Counted from the stretch's first letter, positions 1-11,942 are shown. The stretch is DNA of 64,000 nt from Macrostomum hystrix (GCA_950097015.1 CATNEN010000029.1:7130001-7194000); one strand, 5' to 3'. The notes: a model not told the origin generated them from the letters alone. Program-made: numbers and translations.

Positions 1-154
1 TTGGTATTAAATGCTTTAAAACGGTTTACATTGGGGAATAAATTCAGTAGGGACACAACATTGTGACAGACATTATAACAAAAGGCAATCTTCACTGGCC
101 AATTTTGTAAGCTCTACAATAAACAGTTTGATTGGCCGAAGCACACTTTTGTAC

Positions 155-234
155 CTTCATATTCTTCCACCAGTACTTGTTCTTGAGTTTGCCGGCGCTG
201 GCCTCAAACTGCGAGGCGCCAGCCTGCAGGGCGT
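155..234 (-). CDS. VAMP: Synaptobrevin/VAMP exon 4 ([27 protein letters not shown]); TM exon lies left of the window
   Basis: Conserved [10 protein letters not shown] and KYWWKN motifs. cag acceptor, gtac donor. Phases are consistent across all four exons. Confidence 0.97.
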
Positions 235-382
235 CTGCACATTGGCAGTGGTGTCGGGCAGAGTTACATTTGACGTTTAAGATTTCACGATTTCGCTAGC
301 CGTATGCAACGCATTAAAAATTAAATAAATACAATGCCAATCTTGTTGAACCGAAACCAACCTCTGAAAGTTTCGCATCATG

Positions 383-985
383 CAGGGAGGTGGGGTGAGG
401 CACACAGTGGGGGTTATTAAAGGAGGGAGGTGAGGCACACAGTGGGGGTTGTTAAAGGGGGTGGAGTGGGGCATACAGTGGGGGTTGTTAAAGGAGGGAG
501 GTGAGGCACACAGTGGGGGTTGTTAAAGGAGGGAGGTGAGGCACACAGTGGGGGTTGTTAAAGGAGGGAGGTGAGGCACACAGTGGGGGTTGTTAAAGGA
601 GGGAGGTGAGGCACACAGTGGGGGTTGTTAAAGGAGGGAGGTGAGGCACACAGTGGGGGTTGTTAAAGGGGGTGGGTGGGGCATACAGTGGGGGTTGTTG
701 AAGGAGGGAGGTGAGGCACACAGTGGGGTTGTTGAAGGAGGTGGGGTGAGGCACACAGTGGGGGTTGTTAAAGGAGGGAGGTGAGGCACACAGTGGGGGT
801 TGTTAAAGGAGGTGGGGTGAGGCACACAGTGGGGGTTGTTAAAGGAGGGAGGTGAGGCACACAGTGGGGTTGTTGAAGGAGGTGGGGTGAGGCACACAGT
901 GGGGGTTGTTAAAGTAGGGAGGTGAGGCACACAGTGGGGTTGTTGAAGGAGGGACACACAGTTGGGTGGGGCACACAGTGAGCAG
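383..985. repeat. 35-bp G-rich minisatellite (gaggcacacagtgggggttgttaaaggagggaggt) in VAMP intron 3
   Basis: About 16 tandem near-identical units read directly. Confidence 0.95.
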
Positions 986-1353
986 CTCAAAGGGTTAAAG
1001 GCAATGAGTCTGGGTGGTTAGTGAATGGGTGAAGGGTAAATGAAGGTAAAGAAGGGCAGGAAGTGAGGAGGAAGAGAATAGAATGGACTAATTGTCGGTA
1101 TGGTTTCAGAATTGTATTCGCAGATAAACTTTAATTTGTACTAAATTGAAAAGTTTTATTTTCGTTACAGGCAAGTTAAGAAATAGATGATAAGGCCTAG
1201 ATTTTTCACCGTGAACAGACCACTGCACAATTGGCGACGCTTCGATTGTATGTAGGAAGTATGAAGATGTAGCAACACCAACTATATAGGAATTGTCGGC
1301 ACCACAAAAGTGCACACCAGTATTTAAGCCTTTAGTCTAAAATTAGTACTCAC

Positions 1354-1432
1354 CGGCCCGATCGTCCAAGTTGGAGATCTTGGCGTCGCGTTCCAGCACC
1401 TTGTCCACATTGACTCGCATGATGTCGACAAC
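1354..1432 (-). CDS. VAMP: Synaptobrevin/VAMP exon 3 ([26 protein letters not shown])
   Basis: Near-identical to the VAMP SNARE core, including the zero-layer Arg (LERD). Canonical ag/gtgag boundaries. Confidence 0.97.
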
Positions 1433-1563
1433 CTGAATAAAGTTTCAGACATGTTACACAAATTGCAAGTGGAGTAAAAGTGTTATCATTTTTGAAAGTT
1501 CAATGCAATACGATGCTTAGTTTTCTTAAATAGATTCGGGTTACTCAACCCCAGGGTGCTCAC

Positions 1564-1660
1564 CTCCTCCACCTGTGCCTGAGTCTGCATAAGGCGACGG
1601 TTCTGTGTGTAGGTCGGCTTCGGAGCTCCGCTGTTGTCGCCTTCACCGGCCGCGCCGGCG
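1564..1660 (-). CDS. VAMP: Synaptobrevin/VAMP exon 2 (...TYTQNRRLMQTQAQVEE)
   Basis: ttttcag acceptor and gtgag donor. Translates to the start of the R-SNARE motif (RRLxQTQAQVxE). Confidence 0.95.
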
Positions 1661-1729
1661 CTGAAAATCAATTGTTTGTAGTCTATAGCCTTGCACAGTA
1701 CACGTTTTTTTTCTGAGCTTGCATCTTAA

Positions 1730-1940
1730 GCTTGGTAGCCTAGTGACAAAAGCTTTGGACTTCTGGTCGGTAGGTCGGGAGTTCGAATTTAATTCAAAAG
1801 GGAGCAATAAAAAAGCTTTTTCTTTGAGAAAGACACTTCAACTCTCTGGTGATTCACATGTAAAATGAGTACGAAAATCAGATGGGGTTAGACGTCGTGG
1901 TGAGTGTGGTGGCCTTCTCAGTCCAAACAGTTGTGCACAT
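1730..1940 (+). mobile_element. Degenerate tRNA-derived SINE in VAMP intron 1
   Basis: A-box-like tggtagcctagtg and B-box gggagttcgaat, followed by ttctttgagaaagacactt...tgtaaaatgagtac, which resembles the conserved SINE central-domain style. Confidence 0.55.
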
Positions 1941-2130
1941 TATTTTATTGTTTATTTATATTCCTTTGGTAAAACGTTTTGTAATAATTGCTTAAAATTT
2001 AACCGAAATGGTTGTAGGTTTTCTTAGTAATGCAATTCATATCAAGAAGAAAGTAATACATTTAACAGTAAGAAAGCAACAGTAATACATAATTAATGTG
2101 TTGTAGTTTGAAAAACAAGTTAGAACTTAC

Positions 2131-2192
2131 GGTGGTCCGCCTGGCGTAGCGCCGGCGGGACCTGCTGGTGGTGCAGCTGCTGGTGCAGACAT
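2131..2192 (-). CDS. VAMP: Synaptobrevin/VAMP, first coding exon (MSAPAAAPPAGPAGATPGGP)
   Basis: ATG at 2192 with an acceptor tttcag 14 nt upstream and a gtaagt donor at 2130. Pro/Ala-rich N-terminus typical of neuronal synaptobrevins. Phase 2 fits the next exon. Confidence 0.85.
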
Positions 2193-4399
2193 GGTGCTGG
2201 CAGTTACTGAAATTAAAAATATGTAATGCAAAATTTATTTATAGAGTATAGCTATCTAGTGTGTCAAATAAAAAAACCTGGGTGCAATCAAATCTGATGC
2301 AATCATAAACTGATGTTGCATCAGATTTCCAACTTCAATTTTACTAATTTTACTAAAGTTTTTAGTGGCCTGTCCTATAATAAATCTAAAATCAATGCTT
2401 CATATTAAAGTTGCAACATCAATGATATAAATGTTTAAATGCTAAATAGGCACATCAGAAAGAGCACATACAATTTGATGAATATTTCATTTTGTTCAAA
2501 ATAATATGATCCTGTGTGGTTGCGCTCTTGTCATTATCATCATAATCATAATACTTCAAAGTAGTTTTACTTAGGCCATACATATTACTTATTTTACTGA
2601 ATGTAACAAAGGGACTAATGTGACAGTGAATATTGGAAAATTGAAGTTTTAACCTTTTTTCATATCTATGATTCTTATTAAAATCTATATTCATGATGCC
2701 ATATATTAATGTAAACATAGTAAGACATACTATTATCAAGTTAGAACTCAGATTTCAAAAGCATCAGTTTTCGACTTAAATTATCATCTTACAAAAATAA
2801 GAGCAAAGCCTTAAGGGGTAAAAGTTTAAGAAATACTTGATTTAACAGAAATATCACATTTTAAACTGAGACAATTATTATAGCACTATTTATTATGTTT
2901 GTTCTACACAGTTCAATTCAATATATTCCTGAGAACAGTTTACTGTTGTTTTTTAGCTTTGACTTAATATCTTATATAAAAATGGTTAAAATTTGCTATT
3001 TGGTGAAGAGTGCAAGGCAATATTCTTATATATGTTTCTTATAGACTGTTTAACTTAAAATATTCTTAAGAATGGTATACTTCAGTTTTTTTAGCTGTGA
3101 AAAATAATTGCCTTGAATGCAGATATACTAAAAGTTGGCAGACAGACGGTCGACAAAGCAGATGACAAGACAATATACTTGAAAATAAATCCATGGCAAG
3201 ATATAGCATTTTATGCAGTAAATCCCTAATACTATTTTTTAAAAGTAAATCTTCAAGCACTCTTGCAAAAAATGTACGAATTTGCAAAATAAAACAGTGA
3301 GAATCATAAAACTCGACGGTCGATAAAGTTATGGGCGAAATATTTTGAAAATTTAAAGATACGCTACATTTTCTGAGTATGTTTAGAAAAACAAAGAGAC
3401 GCTACCTAAGGTTTTTTTAAAATACGTTACATTCCAAAAGAGACAACTAATTAGGAAAAAAATGTCACTGCTAAGTGACAAATAATTTACTCTTTTTTAC
3501 TATATATGCTTTTCACATAAGCAAATCTAAAGCCGAAAATATTCAATTCACATAATGAAAATGATAATGAAAATGAAAAGAATGCTTTAAAAGACATGTT
3601 TTCCACCTTGCTGGATCATTTCGCTGACATTTTCGATCCAGTTGTGTTCGTGAATTCTAGACATCTAGTATCAGTAGACTAAATTTCCTTTTTCACCTAT
3701 TTGAAAGAAAGAACTTGACCTATTTACCCATAGGTCATCGGTGACCCATTTTAATCATTTGAGTCAATTAGGACTAGTGGGGCCAGGTATCATTTTATTA
3801 TTATTAATTATAATTACTCTTTACTAGTGATTTCGGCCATATGGAAATCTTGCCCGATCTTGGCCGATTGATGCGAAGTCTTCGATATAAATTAATCGAT
3901 ATTAAAATAATCACCTACATGTACGAGCAGCTTAAATTAGTCAGAAGCAAATTCCCCAGCAATATCTGCAAGTTCTAATAGCAAGGCCGTTTCCTAGAAA
4001 TCATCGGATCAGGGCGAAGTCACAATGTCACAATATTCTTCTTGGTAAAGAGTCGCGCCGTTGCATAATAAATAAATGTCCGTTAAGGCTATAAAAGCAA
4101 GGACCACTAGAAGAAGAAGAAGAAGAAGAATCTTCTTCTAGTGGTCCTTGGCTAAAAGCTGGTGACGGGTTAAGCATAGACGAAAAAGCGCTTGCATGAT
4201 GCGTAGATTAAATTGAGGGTTACAAATATACTAATTACTATGACACGCTTCGTGCCGACTTACTCGTACAGTTCCTATTGAGTTTGGTGTCAATCGAGTG
4301 CAAATTCACGGACATGCTTCACGCGCAAGCTACCTGGCGAAGAGTTCGTGCGCGTAATAAAAAGTTGGTCGGTGTAGCGTCAGCGCGTCTGCGCGCGGC

Positions 4400-4660
4400 C
4401 CACAGCAGGAGGTCTGGCAGCAGCTCGGGCAGTATAAGCTTCGGCCCTGATGGCACGACCGGCCAGCTGCAGGCGTCTGTGGTTCAGCAGGGCGCGGAAG
4501 GCCGCGTCAGTCGCTTTTAGTCAGCTTGCTTGTACATGAGGACTCGCGGTCACCTCGCTGCCTGAGGGCCACGCGGTGGGCAAAGCAGGCCGTGTGCCCT
4601 CGGTCAGCGTCCAGGTCTCAGCGTTGTACAAGAAGCCGGCCCTCCATAAACCGCCCCCAA
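4400..4660 (-). pseudogene. Degenerate RTE-type non-LTR retrotransposon fragment (post-RT region)
   Basis: Minus strand reads LYNAETWTLT and later RRLQLAGRAIRAEAY/CPELLPDLLLW across frameshifts. This matches the LYxxETWxL and RRLxLxGH motifs of RTE-clade ORF C-termini. Confidence 0.7.
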
Positions 4661-5343
4661 GCGAAGCGACAGAGGTGTACATTATAATGTACAACAGGAC
4701 TAAATTTCTTAATTAATTACACCTGGCCGAATTGGGCCAGATGTGCAGCCGACAGCACAGCCGCAGCCATTGCGTACGGTTATTCAGTCCATGGACTGGC
4801 CGTGAGTCCGACGCCCTAACCACAAGGCTACAACTACTCCTAAGCTAAGCTACAACCTAAGCTCACAATTACAGTATAATTGGTAGCTCAATAAGCAAAT
4901 TAAATGACATGGATTTCATGAATGAATGAACTACATGAACTGAAATTAGCGAATTTCCACTTTATGCAAATTATTGAAGGCCTAACAAGTTTATTTTGTT
5001 TTGTTTTAAATTAACATAATGCGTATTTAACAAAGTGTATTTAAAAGTTAAGGATGAAATGTTTTCGTTTTTACTGCAGATACGATAAAACAAATAACTA
5101 CAACAATTAATATGTTCAGTTTAATGTCAAAACAATAAAGAATTAGTGAATCAGGTGAATTTTAATTTCTTGTCATGAAAATATCAAAACTTGCAGCGCG
5201 ATTAAAAATTTTTCGTTTGTTTTAGTCCAACATTTCATGCAACGATAGACTTTGACGCGAGTAGATAAAAAGTATATTTTATCATGTACAGCAAGCCAGA
5301 TTCACAGCAATACGCTAATTATAAATGCAAATTATTGCCGGGT

Positions 5344-5609
5344 CTAGGACAAGAACACCTTGATATTGCTGACTATCAAATGGCCGCATTTTGGACAATC
5401 CAGTGCATTTTGGGCGCAGGAGCAGCACAGTAAGAAGTGGGCACAGGGCAGGGTAACTCGGCCGCGTTGATTTACTGAGCACTTTACGCAACGGTCGCTC
5501 TTGTTGTCAAGCGAAGACTGAGCCGATGAAGTCCCGAGTGCTGATATGGTTGCACCGCATTGACTTACACCAATTGAACTGGAGTTGCTAGGTGAAAACA
5601 TTCTAATTG
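5344..5609 (-). CDS. Terminal exon encoding a C3HC4 RING finger (IAP/MDM2/RNF157-like C-terminal RING)
   Basis: CVKC-x9-PCAHFLLCCSCAQNALDCPKC-x3-IVSNIKVFLS* has the spacing and terminal IxxxIKVFLS of IAP-type RINGs. A putative acceptor (tatacag) lies at 5610-5611. Upstream exons were not identified. Confidence 0.75.
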
Positions 5610-5993
5610 CTGTATAGCTAAAACGCACCTTTTTCTTTCTATTCTCAGTGAACAAACTGCCTCTCCTGTTAGATAGTAAAACTTTAATAGGAGATATTTA
5701 TATCCGACGATGCGAGACCTTATCTGGCAGCAGTGCTGAGTTTGCAAAGCTCTCCACAAGAGCTATTTATAGAACATTACAGAGATGAATCATTATTTTG
5801 TACAGTACAGTTTGTACAGTACAACAAACAGAATTCGTTGCCCTTTAGAACAATGTACGCGCAGTTAATTAGTTCCATTTAGCTGCAGCACTTGATACCA
5901 GGTACAAAGCTATAGACTGACGTAAGTGCAATGCACCTTACAACATTTGTAACAACTAGTGTTCCTGCAGTTATACATAGCTATGACAAAATA

Positions 5994-6398
5994 CATCGCA
6001 AGCGGGCTCTCGACGCCACTTTCAGAGCCTTCCTGCGTTTCGCTCTGGACGTACGCTACCCCGAAAGGCTGTCGAACCGTGCGCTCGCTGCTCGCTCCTG
6101 CGTCCCGCCGGTGAGCTCCATACTCAGGGCGCGGAGACAGCGGCTTCTCGGCCACGTGTTACGCAGCTACGGACGCGGAGAAACCAACCCCCTTGCGATC
6201 GTTGTGCTAAATCCGCCAAGCGATCCTTTTCGACGCGGACATGCGCGCACTGAAACTCTCTTAAAGACCTTCACTAATGACCTACAGGCCATCAACCTCA
6301 CTCCGCTTGAGGCTACTTCCTGCCCCTCTGAGCTTTTTCGCGAGCGTGTGAGCGCTAAGGGTCTCTGACTCTTCAGCGTCTTAATAATAATAATAATA
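5994..6398 (+). mobile_element. 5-prime-truncated RTE-type LINE with (TAA)n tail and 11-bp TSD
   Basis: Open frame ...RARRQRLLGHVLRS...PPSDPFRRGHART... (RTE C-terminus), a (TAA)6 tail, and the direct repeat ATGACAAAATA at 5983-5993 and 6399-6409. Confidence 0.9.
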
Positions 6399-6499
6399 AT
6401 GACAAAATAGTCGATTAGAAACTGCTGAAGGACCTCCTACAAGTTTTTTACCTAGCAACAGCGTAAATACTTCGAGAAAAATACTATATACTTAGCTAT

Positions 6500-7810
6500 T
6501 TATAGAATCAAAGCAGAATCTTTAGCTAGAATCTTAGCAGGATCCTCAGCTGGAATCTTAGCAGGATCCTCAGCTAGAATCGAAGCAGGATCCTCAGCTA
6601 GAATCAAAGCAGAATCCTCAGCTGGAATCGAAGCAGAATCCTCAGCTGGAATCGCAGCAGTATCCTCAGCCAGAATCGAAGCAGAATCCTCAGCTAGAAT
6701 CAAAGCAGAATCTTTAGCTAGAATCGAAGCGAGATCCTCAGCTAGAATCGAAGCAGTAATCCTTAGCTGGAATCGTAGCAGGATCCTTAGCTAGAATCGA
6801 AGCAGGATCCTCAACCGGAATCGAAGCAGGATCCTCAGCTAGAATCGAAGCAGGATCCTCAGCTAGAATCGAAGCAGGATCCTCAGCCGGAATCGAAGCA
6901 GGAATCCTTAGCTGGAATCGTAGCAGGATCCTTAGCTAGAATCGAAGCAGGATCCTCAGCTAGAATCGAAGCAGAATCCTCAGCTGGAATCAAGCTGGAT
7001 CCTCAGCTGGAATCGAAGCAGGATCCGTAGCTAGAATCAAAGCAGGATCTTTAGCTAGAATCAAAGCAGAATCCTCAGCTGGAATCGAAGCAGGATCCTC
7101 AGCTAGAATCGAAGCAGGATCCTCAGCTAGAATCAAAGCAGAATCTTTAGCTAGAATCGAAGCGAGATCCTCAGCTAGAATCCAAGCAGGAATCCTTAGC
7201 TGGAATCGTAGCAGGATCCTTAGCTAGAATCGAAGCAGGATCCTCAACCGGAATCGAAGCAGGATCCTCAGCTAGAATCGAAGCAGGATCCTCAGCTAGA
7301 ATCGAAGCAGGATCCTCAGCTAGAATCGAAGCAGGATCCTTAGCTAGAATCGAGAATCCTTAGCTGGAATCGTAGCAGGATCCTTAGCTAGAATCGAAGC
7401 AGGATCCTTAGCTAGAATCGAAGCAGGATCCTCAACCGGAATCGAAGCAGGATCCTCAGCTAGAATCGAAGCAGGATCCTCAGCTAGAATCGAAGCAGGA
7501 TCCTCAGCTAGAATCGAAGCAGGATCCTTAGCTAGAATCGAGAATCCTTAGCTGGAATCGTAGCAGGATCCTCAGCTAGAATCGTAGCAGGATCCTCAGC
7601 TAGAATCGAAGCAGGATCCTCAGCTAGAATCGAAGCAGGATCCTTAGCTAGAATCGAGAATCCTTAGCTAGAATCGAAGCAGGATCCTCAGCTAGAATCG
7701 AAGCAGGATCCTCAGCTAGAATCGAAGCAGGATCCTCAGCTAGAATCGAAGCAGGATCCTTAGCTAGAATCGAGAATCCTTAGCTAGAATCGAAGCAGGA
7801 TCCTCAGCCA
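6500..7810. repeat. 24-bp minisatellite (agctagaatcgaagcaggatcctc)
   Basis: About 54 tandem units with variant types. Confidence 0.95.
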
Positions 7811-8261
7811 TTATCGAAGCACTTTTGTTTACTATATCACTACACCTAAGATTTAACTTTATTGAATCGTTATTGTATTGTTTAGTTTTTTGAACATTGC
7901 AACATGATAGGCCGTTATTTACTCGAACAGATTGGAAAAAAAGACACTTAAATTCCATCTTACTGCCAGTTAATCTTTTGAGTTTGTGAGCGGCTCAAAC
8001 TGGATCGGATGAGGCGGAAGCTATGCTGTCAGATTTCTGGCAGGAATGGCAAATATTTGAGACTGCTCATATTGAATTCTAACGTACTTTAGTCCAGTTA
8101 TTAACTAAAATCTGGATATCTCTGAAATACGAAAAATGGATATTTTGTAAATATTGTGTCGAAATTGGTCGTGACACTGTAAACAACATATCTTATTTTT
8201 TTAAAACCGTTTTGCTAAACATCTGTTTTAAAGATTGCATAATATCTGTGACCTTGGAGTT

Positions 8262-8700
8262 CTGAGAATTCGGTGAATTGTGAATTCGGTGAATTATGAA
8301 TTCTGTGAATTGTGAATTCGCTGAATTATGAATTCTGTAAATTGTGAATTCGGTGAATTATGAATTCTGTGAATTGTGAATTCGGTGAATTATGAATTCT
8401 GTGAATTGTGAATTCGGTGAATTGGTAATTCGGTGAATTGTGAATTCTGTGAATTGGTAATTCGGTGAATTGTGAATTCTGTGAATTGTGAATTCGCTGA
8501 ATTATGAATTCTGTGAATTGTGAATTCGCTGAATTATGAATTCTGTGAATTGTGAATTCGGTGAATTGTGGATTCTGCGAATTGTGAATTCGGTGAATTG
8601 TGGATTCGGTGAATTGTCGATTCTGCGAATTGTGAATTCTGAAGCCAGATCTCGGATGCTGGATTCCTGAAGCCAGATCTCGGATGCTGGATTAATGAAG
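8262..8700. repeat. 16-bp minisatellite (gaattgtgaattcggt/gaattatgaattctgt) followed by a 28-bp duplication
   Basis: Tandem units visible. tgaagccagatctcggatgctggatt occurs twice at about 8640-8695. Confidence 0.9.
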
Positions 8701-9199
8701 AATAGAGAGAACTAAGAGCCCTTCAAAACTCGGTCCTATCACGATCCAGTCTAAAGGAAAATTTGTCAGAACAATTTAGCCCACACGCAATCTACTAAGA
8801 CAACGGGTTGATTGAAGAGGCAGAATTTCAGTCGGAACGGATTGTTACCGATTTCAGTTCTTGTAAAATGCCACTGTTTTAGCTTTGCCAGCTGTGGCCT
8901 GTCTGGTCAGCTATAATAGTAAAGCGCCTGCTGAATGTGTCTCGATATCTCTAGGGAGGCTTGTCTGTGGAATTCCATTTCAAATTGCTTTCCCGCTGTC
9001 AGTTTTCAGTTCGCGGCACACTCTAGTAGGTAGGGTGGGGGTTTGCTGCTGTTCTGTTGAGAGAAATTTTCTATTTGACTTTCTGGACATTAGGAGCTGA
9101 GAATTCCAATGATATTGTTTCATGCATGCCATGTCGCACAATTGTCGCTATGGATCAAAAATGCATATTAGCACTGGCTCCTTAGCGCAAGGTATTTGT

Positions 9200-9711
9200 C
9201 TCAGGGTGGCTAATGGTCTCAGGGTGGCTAATGGTCTCAGGGTGGCTAATGGTCTCATGGTGGCTAATGGTCTCAGGGTGGCTAATGGTCTCATGGTGGC
9301 TAATGGTCTCAGGGTGGCTAATGGTCTCAGGGTGGCTAATGGTCTCAGGGTGGCTAATGGTCTCAGGTTTGCTAATTGTGTCAGGGTAGCTAATTGTGTC
9401 AGGGTAGCTAATTGTGTCAGGGTAGCTAATTGTGTCAGGGTAGCTAATTGTGTCAGGGTAGCTAATTGTGTCAGGGTAGCTAATTGTGTCAAGGTAGCTA
9501 ATTGTGTCAGGGTAGCTAATTGTGTCAGGGTGGCTAATTGTGTCAGGGTAGCTAATTGTGTCAGGGTAGCTAATTGTGTCAGGGTAGCTAATTGTGTCAG
9601 GGTAGCTAATTGTGTCAGGGTAGCTAATTGTGTCAGGGTAGCTAATTGTGTCAGGGTAGCTAATTGTGTCAGGGTAGCTAATTGTGTCAGGGTAGCTAAT
9701 TGTGTCAGGGT
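9200..9711. repeat. 18-bp minisatellite with two blocks (ctcagggtggctaatggt then gtcagggtagctaattgt)
   Basis: About 9 units of type 1, one transitional unit, then about 19 units of type 2. Confidence 0.95.
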
Positions 9712-10259
9712 CGTAACTCGTAAGTATCTAGCTAATTTTTTTAAGAGTTCATTCACAATTTGCGTTTAGTTTCTGTGACAAGAAGTTAGTCTGGACAATG
9801 TTCGTTTGGTAAAGTTTGGCATTGATTTACTATTCTAGTTATTTCTCAATCACCCAAAGTACACATGCAATAAATTCCATTCAGTTCATTCAGCTGGCCA
9901 TTTTCTCGTTGAGACGAGGATTAACCGTATCGCTGATCCGACTAGAAAAGTGACCTGAGCCGAGCGGGTAATAATTGATATTTTTATCGACTTATCTGAG
10001 CACAAATCCAAGAAGACAGTGAGTTAAGCGGCTTTACTGATTGTAAGAATGAGGAATTCAACTTGAAGAGCCCAATCAGGTTAGCGAATGGTTTTCTTGG
10101 CTCCAGTTTGATCATTCTAAGAAACTGCGGCGGAAGTTGAGGTTTCGATTGGTGTTATTCAAACGACTTTTTTTCAATTTTTGACAGTTTAAAATTACCG
10201 AAAAAACTGGCAATTTCAATGATGTTCCTGGTTCTTTCATAAGTAAGAGACTGAAAGGT

Positions 10260-11640
10260 GAGATGGGTGAGAGATAAGAGGTCAAAGTTAGGAGATAGAG
10301 GAGACTATCGGAGATGAAACACAGGAGAGATAAGACATGGGAGAGAGATAAGACATGGGAGAGATAAGACATGGGAGAGATAAGACATGGGAGAGATAAG
10401 ACATGGGAGAGATAAGACATGGGAGAGAGATAAGACATGGGAGAGATTAGACACCGGAGAGATGGGACAGGGGAGAGAGATAAGACATGGGAGAGAGATA
10501 AGACATGGGAGAGATAAGACATGGGAGAGATAAGACACGGGAGAGATGAGACAGGGGAGAGAGATAAGACATGGGAGAGATAAGACATGGGAGAGATGAG
10601 ACATGGGAGAGAGATAAGAGGTCAAAGTTAGGAGATAGAGGAGACTATCGGAGATGAAACACAGGAGAGATAAGACATGGGAGAGATTAGACACCGGAGA
10701 GATGGGACAGGGGAGAGAGATAAGACATGGGTGAGAGATAAGAGGTCAAAGTTAGGAGATAGAGGAGACTATCGGAGATGAAACACAGGAGAGATAAGAC
10801 ATGGGAGAGAGATAAGACATGGGAGAGATTAGACACCGGAGAGATGAGACAGGGGAGAGAGATAAGACATGGGAGAGAGATAAGACATGGGAGAGATAAG
10901 ACACGGGAGAGATGAGACAGGGGAGAGAGATAAGACATGGGAGAGATAAGACATGGGAGAGAGATAAGAGGTCAAAGTTAGGAGATAGAGGAGACTATCG
11001 GAGATGAAACACAGGAGAGATAAGACATGGGAGAGAGATAATACATGGGAGAGATTAGACACAGGAGAGATGAGACAGGGGAGAGAGATAAGACATGGGA
11101 GAGAGATAAGACATGGGAGAGATAAGACACGGGAGAGATGAGAAACACGGAAGAGATAAAACACAGGAGAGATGATACATGGGAAATAGATAAGATACGG
11201 GAGAGTTGAGACACAGGTGAGATGAGACAAGAGAGAGATGAGATTCAAGAGAGATGACACTCAAGAGAGATGAGACAGGGAGAGATGAGATACGAGAGAG
11301 ATGAGACACAGGAGAGATGAGACTCAAGAGAGATGAGATTCAAGAGAGATGAGACTCAAGAGAGATGAGACTCAAGAGAGATTAGACACAGACGAGATGA
11401 GACTCAAGAGAGATGAGACTCAAGAGAGATTAGACACAGAGAGATTAGACACAGACGAGATGAGACTCAGGAGAGATGAGACTCAAGAGAGATTAGACAC
11501 AGAGGAGATGAGACTCAAGAGAGGTTAGACACAGAGGAGATGGGACTCAAGAGAGGTTAGACACAGAGATGAGACTCAAGAGAGATTAGACACAGAGGAG
11601 ATGAGACAGGGGGAGACATGAGACCAGAGAGACGAGACGG
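10260..11640. repeat. GA-rich compound minisatellite (gagataagacatggga / gagatgagactcaaga)
   Basis: Tandem 16-18 bp units with an interspersed ~60-bp higher-order block (gagataagaggtcaaagttaggagatagaggagactatcggagatgaaacacagg) occurring 4 times. Confidence 0.95.
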
Positions 11641-11942
11641 AAACTGCTGAGTGGTTGGAGTAGTGTTGCAAGGGCTGAGTGAAGCAGATTTAGGATCTTT
11701 TCTATCCCAGAGGTTTCTAAACCTTTATGTAAGGTATCAATACAGTTCAAAGATAATAGTTTGTCTGCAGCTCTCCTCCAGCCATTCAATAGGAGAGCTT
11801 TACAAACGACAGACGAACCGCAGTGGGATCTTCTCTTCTCCGATTGGCCAGACAGAATTCTACAAAAGGTGCCGGCTTAGCAGACTCAGTAAGCGCTGCC
11901 CTACCCAAGACCCATGCTAACGAAGCTCTAGGCTGGATCATC

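Noticed and set aside
2291-2327. 12-bp inverted repeat aatctgatgcaa / ttgcatcagatt
   Set aside because: It is a short isolated hairpin with no second copy or TSD seen, so there is not enough to call a feature.
2455-2739. 94-aa AT-rich ORF with faint BIR-like spacing (EKRL...H...SSNC.CSF) near the RING exon
   Set aside because: The Zn-ligand CxxC and the W/GF motifs are absent, it lies downstream of the RING stop, and its composition is non-coding.
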